This document shows positions 11,460 through 23,798 of a stretch of 64,000 nt of DNA, one piece after another (the stretch's first letter is position 1; each line of letters starts with the position of its first letter). Origin of the DNA: Octopus bimaculoides (taxonomy: Eukaryota); assembly GCF_001194135.2 (NCBI RefSeq), contig NC_068992.1, forward strand, positions 68,132,743-68,196,742, read 5' to 3'. The position numbers and the translations under genes were made by a program. The notes beneath the pieces are model-generated. The model had not been told where the DNA came from. It was given only the letters and a program-made list of their open reading frames with translations, and did no database searches.

Positions 11460-13167
11460 CAAACAAATATAGTGTGATGAGCAGTAACAAGCAAAGTACA
11501 GAAATATTGAACTGTGTAAAGGGCAAATTGTTTGAGGGACTCATTCTACATCCTGATACTATTGTTTGCAGTAACAATTAGTCTCTTTGCAATAAACAAG
11601 ACAAGAAAAAGTGCCGGTAACATGTCGAACCATATTTACTTCCATATTGCTGAATTCATTCTACGTCTAGTATATATATATTGATAATGCAGACATTATT
11701 CATAAGGAGTGGCTAGAGGTTGGTTGTGTCGGTAGCAACCGTATTATAAATACAGCTTAGAAAACATGTTGTTCGGATGCAATATATAAACAGATCATAG
11801 TGAAAGACAAATAGACTTGCGTGTAGTGAATTGGCAATAACTGCTTTCACTTTGTGAGAAAAAAGCTTTTTTTTGTCTTTTCGTAAGAAAAATATCGTGT
11901 AAGTTATGTCCTTCAAATATAGATGTTTAATGAATATTCACAAAAGTTGAAAGCGATCAATCAAGTCTATTTTAACTTCATGATCATAAGTATTGTTTTT
12001 ATACAATGAGAAATATTGATTTGTGTTTTCTTTATAATTAAAATAACTTGCTTTCGGGATAGTTTCCATAACCATTCACTGCTCAGGAAACCACACGCAC
12101 ACACACACACACACACGCACAGGCACACGCACTCACACGCACACGCACATACACACACATCCATATGTTCACGCACGCACGCACTTATGTGCATGAACCA
12201 TCCGCCATTTACACCAATTCACAGAAAGCACAAAAGTATGATTTATACGTATGTATGTGTACTTATCTAAGGATATAAAAAGCAACAGAAAGGCACACTC
12301 AAATCTATGAATGCGAATGTGCGCATGCGTGTGTGAGTGTGTGTCTTCGATTTATAAATGAAAGCTGTGTCAGTTATTTAAGAGCGCACAGTTCCGTGAC
12401 AAGGCAGCAGTCAAACTAAAGAGCAGAAAGTTTTATAATGGCCGAATATCTTTGGAAATAGGCGTTAAAAATATTGCTTGTTAGTTCGATCTAACCGCAG
12501 AGATGACGAGTCAGCATTAGTACAAGGCCTACAATAGATGGGAACAAGGGAAGATGAATGCATGCGGTGGGTAGTTGGAGTGTATTGAGATCTGAAGAGC
12601 TAACAATATTGAGACAATGGAATTTGAGAGATTAGGCCTAATGCTGAACTATACAATTTCTCCATTTCTGTGGAATACTGTTATAGAAAAAAGTGTGGAG
12701 CTGCATATAGGGAATGAAGTATAGATATCACATGCTAGTGCGTTCTTCTATGGATGCCATTGCTGTCCTAGTGACATTATCACTCACGTCGAGAAGTAAA
12801 ATCTCTGCAAGTAAGTTTAGATTAGCTATTTTGGCAACTGCAACTTCGCACTAATGTTACAAAATGGTACACCTTATCCATAATTCATTAGATTTCGGCA
12901 GCTATATATTCACACTTACACGGTCGACTTACGTTGATAGCCTGGCTTTTGTTGAAATTTGTTTATTCCTGCATCAACTGAAGCAGCGAGTATTTGCAGA
13001 AAAACCTACAACTTAAAATTTGCCAGACCCTAAAAATACATCTATCACTTTATCTCAAAATTCTTGTGATTCTTTCTTTTCTATCGTATATTTTAGAAAA
13101 TGGCCAACTTCGAAGACCCAATTTTGTGTGACGCCCGCGGTAAACTCAAATAATCTCAGATGTGCAA

Positions 13168-13278
13168 CGGGCCGAGGCTATAGTAGAAGACACTTGCCCA
13201 AGGTGCCACGCAGTGGGACTGAACCCGGAACCATGTGGTTGGTAAGCAAGCTACTTACCACACAGCCACTTCTGCGCC
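13168..13278 (-). mobile_element. SINE family 1 head fragment
   Basis: Closely matches 11355-11459 (tRNA-like head, B-box ggttcagtccc). Confidence 0.9.
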
Positions 13279-13329
13279 TATGTATATGTTTTGCAAACAA
13301 CTTGCACATGTAAGTACTAACAGTCGAGT

Positions 13330-13920
13330 ACTCCGCATACCGGAAACTAGAAAGTATACGAGTTCATCAGGGGAGAATGCGCGCTGTTTCGGAGCCTACT
13401 TCACGACGGCATAAATGCACCCCCCCCTTCTCACTCACTGATAAGAGGGCCCGATTGCTAGATCAACTGGTCATCAATTAAAGCTCAATATTCTTCTAGC
13501 CATGGATATCGGTCATGGTGGCAATTACTTTACGATGAGTTAGACCTAACGATAGCAACTGTCGTCTCACACTGTGTCCAACAAACCCTCTACATCCGAT
13601 TTCCATTGAAAAATGCTTCACTTTCCACCCTTGTAATCACATTCCTCGAGGAGCTTTACAAAACGGTCTATCTTTCGAGCACGAGCGGCGTCCATGTTAT
13701 CTTCGTGATGAACCGTTAATTCGATTAGAAGATTCACAACTTTCTTTCACACTACATTAATATATCCAGTTTTTTCGTAACTGAGATGAGAAAAAGTCCC
13801 TGGCACCCTGGTAAATCTGCAATCACCTCCCAATAGTCGTTTCACTTTTCATCGCTCACAGGAAGTTTGTTGTTGTTCTTCTTGAATCGGATCCGTTTTT
13901 CCTCTCTGTAACTCGCAAAG
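13330..13920 (-). mobile_element. HERO-like non-LTR retrotransposon 3' end (restriction-like endonuclease domain plus 3' UTR)
   Basis: KLDILM*..LLIELTVHHEDNMDAARARKIDRF..LLEEC..GWKVKHFSMEIGCRGFVGHS matches the HERO RLE pattern PDI...IELTVPWE.....ERK..KY...GW...P.EVGCRGF. Confidence 0.8.
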
Positions 13921-15406
13921 CCTTTCGGGTTTGTTTATAATAATATTATTTATGTAGTATCAAGATAGTTTAAGTGAATATGAACTAAATTTGACTGAAA
14001 TTGATAGGTGACTGTTTGGCCAATCAGATTCACAAGGAGCCATTAAAAGCGTCGATTTGTGAGTTCGATTCTGCCTGAGGTCAGTTTATCATTTGTCAGT
14101 CATTTGTTTATATTTAAAAAAGTTGTCACTTCAAATCGGAGAATGAATATAATTTTACCTGAAATATCAGATTTTTTCCTACCCAGAAGACGGACGCTCG
14201 ATTTATCAAATGTTTATTTGCTTCCATACACGGTTGCATATAATTCTGGTGAACTACATCTGCCTACATTATGATGTATCTCCGTGTCCCCCAAAACAAC
14301 TGTCGGACTTGTAACACCATGCTGGCTTCTCTTTAATGTTTTCTGTCGTTTGTACTCTCGGTAATTTTCCGTTGTATATGTTTATACCTGAACATTCATC
14401 GTCTGAAAGTTTTCAATCTTTGCTTTCTCCCAATTTACATGTATACATGTATATATTATATATCAATCCAAAGCAGTCTTATTTATTTATTCCTGTAATT
14501 GTTTCCATACCTGCTCTCCTGGTTTCCTCTTATAGCCACGTTTTACCCAGCGAACTTAGTCTCCCCTATGAATGCCGGAATGCAAGTTCAAATCATTTCA
14601 GCTTTACTGTTTTCCTCATTGAGAGAATCTTTGGAACCATCTTTTGAGTGTATATATATATATATATATATNNNNNNNNNNNNNNNNNNNNNNNNNNNNN
14701 NNNNNNNNNNNNNNNNNNNNNNNNNNNNNNNNNNNNNNNNNNNNNNNNNNNNNNNNNNNNNNNNNNNNNNNNNNNNNNNNNNNNNNNNNNNNNNNNNNNN
14801 NNNNNNNNNNNNNNNNNNNNNNNNNNNNNNNNNNNNNNNNNNNNNNNNNNNNNNNNNNTATATATATATATATATATCATTGTATATATTATTTTATAAA
14901 TCATTTTATGTCTATTATTTGTTTGTACTACTAATTGTATTAGTTAATAGCTTGGATGGAAATATATTCCTCCTACATTGTGTTTACACGATTTCGCAGT
15001 ATATTATTTTCAAGTTAAGATAATCCAGTGTCTGCTTTTGTTTTTGTTGTAGTCGAGATACTTAAAATCGCCTTGCCTATTCACGGATCCGTTTTCTTTC
15101 AGTAACCAGTTGTAGTTGTCTTTTAAAAATAAATTCATAGGATGCGTTATCTGCACGTTAAAATTTGATATTTCATGATATGACTTCCGACAGTAATGTG
15201 GCTTCCATGACTAACTTAGTATGATTGCAGATTGCATTCTTACCACATGTGGGAATTTATTCCATTTATACCTTCCATCGATTTTTATTTACAAGAATTT
15301 AGTTTGTTACTACCTTTACATCCAATTTAAGGAATTTCCAAGGGTAATTTAAGAATGAGTGTGTATATGTGTGTGTGTGTGCGTGCGTGTGTGCGCGTGT
15401 GAGTGT

Positions 15407-15456
<50 letters not shown>

Positions 15457-17628
15457 ACATTTGTCTACAAAACTATAGCAAATTGTGTTCTGTTTAAGTT
15501 ATGATATACGTGCATTTCAATATCTTGATATTGTTTGTGATGAAACAAATGCGTGTGTTTAAGACTTAAAGTCACATAAACAATAATAATTTACTGCAAC
15601 TTTAGTAGAAATAATTCAAACACCATTCTCAAACATATGTTTTAGTTTGTCTAGAACTAAGTTCTATGTATTTATCAAACAAAACTCCAAGTAGTCTACA
15701 AACATCTTCCACATTTTCCCTTCTTTTATGCCACTAATAACACTTAGACAAACCGAAGGGGCATTGCATATACATCTATTCGTTAGACAAGCAACCAAAC
15801 AACCAATGTGATAATGCCTTCTATAGCCTTATACTCTAAGCTTACATTCATTGCTTAAATTTTAAATGTTTCAATCAGAGTCGGCTGGGTTTTCACTGAT
15901 GTATTGCAAACGATGTGCACATTTCTTTGCTTTTAATGAAATATTTGCATTCCCTCTAGTTATTACGTCACTAGCTCCGCAGTTCAGAATTTCTATATCA
16001 CTTAATTGTATAGCTTCTATGTTGATTACTCCTGATTGAAATATTGATTATTTTCGGCTCGGAAACTAACGAATTTTTTCGATCAAACCGTTGATCAGTC
16101 AATGCAATTTTTTATGAGTTCTCACGTTCAGTCTACACACTCATAGCTTCATTGATTAGAAGCAATCATCTAGTCTTCATTTTGAAATGTGCTTTATCAG
16201 ACACCAACTTGATGAAATGCTCACACTTTCGTTCGGTATTTACTTCATACTTCCTGTATTTAAACAGTTTAATGGAACATCCTTTCAATATTTAATTAAT
16301 TATATACAAATACCCATGTGCTGTGGTTCACCATTGATTATTTTTTTCTGGATAATGGTTTTAGGAATTTTACATGAAAAATAAGTAAGTGGAATGTTAG
16401 AAGTAGAAAAGCTACAAAAGGTTTTATATAAACTGTAGTAATTATCTTAATATGTTTTTATTCTTTATTACAGATGTGTAAGGAAAGGAAGTAGTAATAA
16501 CATATTGTATATTGACAACAACTCAATTGCCTGTTTTATTTCCACTCCAAATGTGTAGCGGCGACAACACTTATAAACCATACTCAAGAGAAAACAGGCA
16601 CTTTACGAGGCTCATTTGTGTAGCAATGTAGTTCATCATTATTGATAATGAAAAATTAAATCAGCTTTATATGAACTGATAATTTCTTTCGCAAACAATT
16701 ATACAACATTACTGAATAGAAGCAAAATATATATTAGTGTTAAAAGTCACTTAAAAGTCTTACGGGCACAATTGAAAAGAATTTGTTTTACATGAGAATC
16801 GTTACCAACTGGAAAACATAACTCAACGTAAATTTACATTATGCACCACTGCACTCATTTATTCTATTTGATAAACTTTTATCTCTCACCTTAAGAAAAT
16901 AGTGAAAATACTTCAAATATATAACTTGATTTGCTCTCAATATTTCTAACGCACGTGTATATTTAACTCTGAATAATTTGATCGAAAATGTAAAATAAAA
17001 ACTCATAGCTAAACATTTATATCATTCTTTTATTATTTATACGCAACTTAAGCAATTTTTGCTTATTTATTATGTTTATGCAGTTCACAGTTTATCTTCA
17101 TCGCTTATTAATGTAGCCTCCTAGCCACTAGTAGATTTCATTTTGAGCTGTAATTAAATTTATTCTGTTTATATTAAAATGTCTCGATTAATTTATTTGC
17201 AATGTGTAACGAAATCTGAATAGTTTTAGGACTCACAAAAGAAAAACGAAAATTATTTGAGATATAGTGAAAGAGGAGAAAATAGAAGGAAGCATTGAAA
17301 AGGAGACAGTTTGAGGGAGACAGAAAAAGAGAAGCTCTTTGTTAAGAATCAAGAGAAATTGAAAAAGCAAATCAATTACGATATTCACATTAATATAATT
17401 AAGATAAAATCTATATTTACAAATTAACTATTTAGAAATTTTATAGCAAAATTGATCATTGCAACCGAAAGCTCTTACCGTCACACAACATATAAACGCT
17501 TGGAAATACGCGCGCAGACACACACGGACACATACACACGGATACACACACACACACACACAAAAGCACACGCACGTACACACACATACGCAAGCGCGCG
17601 CACACAAACACACACAAACACACACAAA

Positions 17629-17736
17629 TTTATGTATGTATACATATTTATGTATGTATACATATTTATGTATGTATACATGTTTATGTATGTATACATA
17701 TTTATGTATGTATACAAATTTATGTATGTATACATA
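17629..17736. repeat. 18-bp minisatellite (tttatgtatgtatacata) x6
   Basis: Six near-identical copies read directly. Confidence 0.9.
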
Positions 17737-17744
17737 TATATATA

Positions 17745-17857
17745 CTAGCTTAAAAGCCGCCCTTTCGGGCGGCTCTTCAGTTGGCTCCTGTGGAGGTCAC
17801 TTCGTTAGGCTTTAGGCTCAACGATGACACTTCATGCATTGAGTTCGCATCAAATTT
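17745..17857 (-). mobile_element. Helitron-like 3' terminus
   Basis: Minus strand has an 8-bp GC hairpin agccgccc(gaaa)gggcggct, then tttaag-CTAG followed by T. This is the canonical Helitron 3' end and target. Confidence 0.65.
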
Positions 17858-17892
17858 TATTGGGTTGGCAACTAAGTTCCCGCCGTTTTTTT
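17858..17892 (+). mobile_element. Solo mariner-type TIR
   Basis: TA-ttgggttggcaactaagtt resembles mellifera/cecropia-type mariner TIRs. No partner TIR seen. Confidence 0.6.
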
Positions 17893-19615
17893 TAAATTTT
17901 GGAATTTATTGCGTTTTTCAATTTTTGGATTCTATTTATTTCGAGAAGTCTATTTTTTAATCATTTTCGAATCTATTTTATTTATTTGTTTTTATAGTTA
18001 ATTTTAGTTCATTTTTGCTTATTTTCAGATCATTAAAATGATATGCATATATATTAATGCCTGTACGTACACACACACACTCACACACACACACATATTC
18101 ACGTACACCTACACATGTAATGTGATTTGTACGAATATGTTCTGGGAGGAGAGCGAGAGACTCCTAACCTCATGATTTGTCATTCTGAATATATTGAATG
18201 ATTGCACTCACAATGTCATATGCAGCTATTAAAATTCCCGGCATTTTCAGACCATTTATGCCTCCTACTGCAGCATTTTGTCTAATTTCCTGACGGCGAC
18301 ACCTGTGCTTATGACATGAAACAAAATGGATTGGAGGTTTTCACTACTGCCCCATTAGATAGACAGAACACACGAGCTATGCATTACACACACGCACTCA
18401 CACACATACACTCACATAAACGCACCACACACATACACACACACACACACACTCACACACAAACACACACGCATACACTTTTGCAGTTTTTTCAATAACA
18501 TTTCATGTTTCATTTAATACGATGACAAGCTGTAAAATAACACAAATATAACAGTGAGTTCGGTAACCTCTGCCAGCGAAAACGACTTACGAGAGCCATT
18601 ATTGTGAGGCTACAATTACAGTTGGTCGTATCGATGCAATGCTACAAACATTTGAATTCATTCATTCACTGGAGAAGGAGATTTATTGGATTGCAAACCT
18701 ATATATTACTATAACATGAAAATACTTTCCAGGAGTATGGTTTTTCATGATATTTTCTGAAATACTGGAATGTAAATAATAAATCAGTCAGTATTGGTAA
18801 TAAAGTAGACAAAGAAAACAGATTCTTTCCGAATATATATTCACTGAATGTCGTATTGGATGCAATATAAAAGCAGGTTTTGTAGCGTGAGAAACCATAT
18901 ATTATTTATAAGTCATGACATCTTCATTCATAATTGCCAGTAATAAAAGTGTCCAAAACAATTTCAAAACCTCGGAAGTTTTATAGTTAAGTGTTCTGAA
19001 AAAAAATCGATAGCGTGGCTTCTACATACAAAATTAATTATATAGATGATATAAAAAAAAAATATTAGTAATTCAGAACTGAAATTCACCTAAGAAAGCC
19101 TGGAAGTTCTCATAACTTGTAAACAATATTTCTCCTGCACTTGTTCAAAATGAATGCATTAGAATAAAAGGAATTCCTAGAAGGAAGTAGCACTGGCATC
19201 TGCTAAGCAACTCATTGTTGGAGATAGATAACAAAACTACTTGAAGTAATGTATATTCAGATAATGTGAGATTGAATATGCAAATGCTGAAATGATATCG
19301 AAAGACAATAAACCACGTTTATTCTGAAAGAAAAGAAAATATAACAAGATGGTTCATATAATACAAGCGAGAAGAGCAAATAGGTGTAGAAAGAAGGTTC
19401 GGAAAGCTTTCCATAAAATGAGCTTTTACTTATTTTGTTGTCAAATATTGTTTGCCTACATTACAGTCACATGACCCAAAATAGTTGAACTGACATTCTC
19501 CTTCTTATATGCGAACGTAGCGGAGAGCACGATATTTTGTTACGATATCAGATAGAAACGGTAATATAACAAATTTTCTTTCTTTGCTATCAAAATGTTT
19601 ATTTTGCTTCTCCAG

Positions 19616-19705
19616 GCCTACCGTTACATTTCGAAAAAAGGATTTCTTCCCGAAAGTCAGTTTGCAGTTAAACATCAGAGACTTGCTGTGAAGAAGCATG
19701 CGTGA
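19616..19705 (+). CDS. Candidate terminal coding exon (AYRYISKKGFLPESQFAVKHQRLAVKKHA*)
   Basis: Strong polypyrimidine acceptor (tttattttgcttctccag). All three frames close within 90 nt, and frame 0 is phase-compatible with 9674-9765. No recognised homologue. Confidence 0.33.
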   Translation, partial: AYRYISKKGFLPESQFAVKHQRLAVKKHA

Positions 19706-20289
19706 AAGACAAAAGCTGACAAATGTCAACATACTTCTTTTAGAGAATTAAATCGATGCTCTCTTGTTGAGAGCAAGAAAGTTTGTAGTTAATTCTCTCA
19801 TTGAAGATGGTGCCAGAAGTGGTGCATGAACGTCTTCACTTTTCTGCAGATGATGTCTTCATTTCTCTGTTCTTGTTATTGAAGTTTAGTAGATATTTTT
19901 GTTTGCCTGTCATTTATTACAAAATGTTTTACGAATATCTATCACCAGACTTGATATTGTAGAGAAAAATGCACTTTCTCTTTGTATAAGTCATTATTCA
20001 TTCGGAGAATTTCTGTACACATGCTTCCCCTCCACCCGAACACATTTTTACACACTTTAGGTCAGTTGGGAAAGTTCCCTCGTTAACACATATTACAGAA
20101 AGATTCTTGAATGAATATTTTCACGGAGTTAATGAATTAAACTTTAAAAATAACAGCTCATTAAATGTATCAATAACTTCCCATAATTAGTTTTTTTCAA
20201 TAGATTTAACCAAATTGTCATTTAATACAAATTCTTTTGATCACTATTTGAAACTGCATTTCAATGTTGTCCATTTTCTGGTTAAGATC

Positions 20290-20560
20290 TTCGTTTGACA
20301 TCTAAAAATTTGTTGGTTTGATCTCGCTGCGTGGCATCATGCAAAGCTGTCTTTTACCTCATCATCAGCTGAACTCAACTCTTGAAAGTGACATTGAATA
20401 ATCGGAAGCTGTGGGAAATTCAGTGGGATAGATGTGACTTGTAAGAGAAATGTTTCGCCTTGGCACATACATTTACTTGCTGATTAGCATGAGAATTACG
20501 ATAATGGCACGCGTCTACCTGGAAGACACGATCATTTACAAGTCAATTTCATGATCAGGG
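20290..20560 (+). mobile_element. Highly degenerate tRNA/CORE-like SINE remnant
   Basis: ggtttgatctcgctgcgtggcatc resembles the B-box/CORE junction of family 1. Confidence 0.4.
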
Positions 20561-20574
20561 TGTTAAATTCATTG

Positions 20575-20642
20575 ATGATTGCTCATCATTAATGATTGCT
20601 CATCATTAATGATTGCTCATAATTGATGATTGCTCATCATTA
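20575..20642. repeat. 17-bp tandem repeat (atgattgctcatcatta) x4
   Basis: Four copies read directly. Confidence 0.9.
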
Positions 20643-21589
20643 AAATCAATGTATGGCCAAGTACTACTTGAGATATGATTGCCAAAGTTCCCACCAATGA
20701 ACATAGTTATACTCAGATTTATGGGCACACCTGAAATATCAGACTTCTCTCCACCCCACGACACAAAATAATATACTCAGATCTCATGAACTCCAACATG
20801 ATTAAGGTATTTATTTACAGAAATATCTTATTAAGAATTTTTTGTTATACAGGCAAAATCTTAAAATTTATCTGCATAATACTCCATTGAATCAGATATT
20901 ATACTAAAGTTTTCTATATATTGATTCTCTAAAGGCAGTAGGTAAGCTGCAATTCAGATTTGAGCAAACAAAGTAACTTCATGTAATAAGCTATATTTAA
21001 CAGCATTGTGTTACAGGTAGCAGCTATTCTACCATGCACTTTCTACTTGTACTTGATTATTAGCTAGAGAGTTAATCAATATGGACCGCTTTGTGGTATG
21101 CATGGTAATTTTCTTGAAGAAATTTTCAGTTAACCTATAATTTATTGAAGTAGCCGGATAAATAAAACATCGATTATAGATGATAAATAATTATACACTT
21201 TTACACATATACATAGGTTAAGAGTTCAGCAGATTATTTAAAACGTTATTTAGATATGGATTATCTTTAATATATGCCACATGAAGAACATCCGAACATT
21301 GCCAAAAATATATATTCCTGTCGTCCAATTCAAAGAAATTTATATCAATTATTATCGTTATCATTAAAAAAAGAAATTCTACTGGTGTTTAGAAACGCTA
21401 AGGCCCAATGACAAGGATTAGTGCAGGTTAACTATAAGAATACAACTTCAACATGTTTAAGAACGACTATATAACTGCATAATATATCATATTATATCAT
21501 ATTATATATGTATATATACATAGATATATATATATATATATGTATGTATGTATTTATGTATGTATGTATGTATATATATGTATATATAA

Positions 21590-21960
21590 TAGGGAGAATT
21601 TGAAAATGCAGAGGTCTTTTAAAGATGTTTATTGACTTGACCGGTTTCAATTTTTTTAAAAGTGATTTTCAAAAGTAAAGTGCAAGGCTTTGTGTAGCCT
21701 TTGTGGTGTTAAAAATTAGATAAGATAGTTAAAATACATTAGTTAAAATACAGTGATAGTCTATTTGACAATGATACGAAAATGTTAAGAAATAGAATCT
21801 TTGACAATGATGAGGAGATGTTAAGAGAGGCTTTGTGTTTAAGCAGTTTACATAAAAGTGTTCAAAATAGGCAGCAAATTAAGTTCATAATTGTTTTTAA
21901 GGGAAATCATAATTGTTTATAAGCATATATGCAGAAAGAATTTGTAGACTGTATTTGATA
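21590..21960 (-). mobile_element. Decayed PLE-like 3' end with degenerate HHR motif (21635-21676)
   Basis: Minus strand reads actt-TTGAAAA-...-GAAA-ccgg-TC-aagt. The end abuts (TA)n via gggagaattt, as 8612 does. Confidence 0.5.
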
Positions 21961-22799
21961 GAAAACGTGTAGCTATATCTGTATGTAATCCATAATTATG
22001 GATTACATATTGAAGAGAAAAGGAATGATAGGACTTAAAACTGCATACATCCGTTACGGATTATTACAAAAGATTTTACTATGGATTTATATTATATTTT
22101 TTCGAAATTTTAGCCCAAGTTTAAATATATATATACATACAGTAGGGTGTGCGCGCACATCTACACATGTATGCGTAGTGTGTGTGTGTGAGAGAGAGAG
22201 AGAGGGAGAGAGAGAGAGAGAGAGCGTGCAGAATATGTTAGAATGAGATTATAATTTTAGAGATGTTACTGGCATCTCATCCGGTGTCAAATCTGCATGA
22301 GCAGGTTTAATGTCACACGAAGCAGCATTCAATAAAATATATCAAATAAAACATATTAAAAGATTTTTAATAAGTATGTATGTATGTATGTATGTATGTA
22401 TGTATGTATGTGTGTGTGTGTATGTATGCATGTGTGTATATCTATCTACAACGAACTCTCTCGTCGAAGATGATGTATGAGTGTTCAACGACAAGACAGA
22501 AAAGAAATCCAACTAAATAGACACTCAATAACACACTTCGCTGAGTCTTATTTACCGGGTTTTAAAATTCCTTCAGATCACCTGGTGACTCTTCATATGA
22601 GTTCTCAGGCTACCAATAGTAATACGTATAGGAATATAACTTCTTAAACCAGCACGCTTCCTATAGTTGAAAAGCTACAACGCGGACGACGCTGATTTGA
22701 GGGAACACTGTTTTTTTCTTTTGTTTCGTTTCCTATTTTCCCGTAACTGTTTTTGAAGAGGTACCTTTTGAATTTCGGAATGTTGAAATTGGTAAAAGT

Positions 22800-23100
22800 A
22801 CTCACTCCTCCAGTCCGCAAAACATCTTGCAAGATTCCTAGTTTCTTTCCTAATATTCAGCATCTCAAATTATCGTTGAATTTATCCTTATGCCGTAGAA
22901 TTGGACGTATATTGCGTCCTGAATTTACCAGCTGATCATAAATGATTTGTTTTGGTATTGGTCCATTATTCGTACAAAGGATGTCGCCGCAACATCGTAT
23001 CTGAGATATGATGAGGAAAGCTTCTATACTGACTATTCCACACATTTCCAGGATAGTGATATTCTTAACTCTATCAACCCACTTTATCTTACGTATTTGC
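22800..23100 (-). mobile_element. RTE-clade LINE 3' fragment
   Basis: SQIRCCGDIL....PIPKQIIYDQLVNSGRNIRPILRHKDKFNDNLR...LA....WR matches RTE LRW.GHV...IPKQ..Y.EL..G.R....LRYKD. Confidence 0.75.
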
Positions 23101-23187
23101 CTAAAAACATCTCATATAAACGCTATTGACTGATGAACTTGCGATAAGGCGTCCAGGTTTCTGCTTTATGTACATATATATATACAT

Positions 23188-23221
<34 letters not shown>

Positions 23222-23717
23222 ATACACACATACATATAATATTGCACTAGAAAATAAATTCTCTTCGCAAACAAGGCATATATCATTGTTATCAGAATGG
23301 TATCATACTCTGTACGAATAAGATTCTAAAGAACATCACCAATCACAGATTTATGATGTCTTACAGAGTCAACTGAATGTCTGAGTTTCTCAATGTAGTT
23401 AGAAATTGATAAGAGACGTTATCTACAGAACACAGGATGTTATTCTAGACATATTTTCTAACATGAAAAATTGATGCTGTATTATCGTTTTTGATATTTA
23501 ATTTCCTAATTTACGTCTATTGCACAAACTATCGAGTACAAAACATAGAAAATAGCGTGGGTTCCTTCTGAGAATATAAGTAAATAACAACTAGACAGAT
23601 CATACATCTTTCTCAACATTTGTTTCTTCACTATATCATTGTCAGTGTTTAGCATATGTAATTTTTTGTATATAACGAAATGATCTTCATCTATAATTAA
23701 TCTTACACATATTTACT

Positions 23718-23798
<81 letters not shown>

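Noticed and set aside
13361-13410. GAAAC...CTGATGA on the - strand in the HERO 3' UTR as a permuted hammerhead
   Set aside because: No stem II or stem III pairing and no UH triplet could be built.
17755-17775. GC hairpin resembling a bacterial intrinsic terminator
   Set aside because: The eukaryotic context and the adjacent CTAG|T fit a Helitron 3' end better.
18285-18390. Cadherin-like TTAPLDRQ peptide
   Set aside because: Preceded by an in-frame stop, runs into a CA repeat, and has no other cadherin motifs or suitable splice sites.
18591-18641. Splice-bounded 51-nt - strand frame HCIDTTNCNCSLTIMAL
   Set aside because: No homology or linkage to other candidates. Similar signals appear on both strands, implying a high chance rate.
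22545-22580. ctgaagg...aaaacccggta on the - strand as a degenerate HHR
   Set aside because: Two core mismatches and no stem II.
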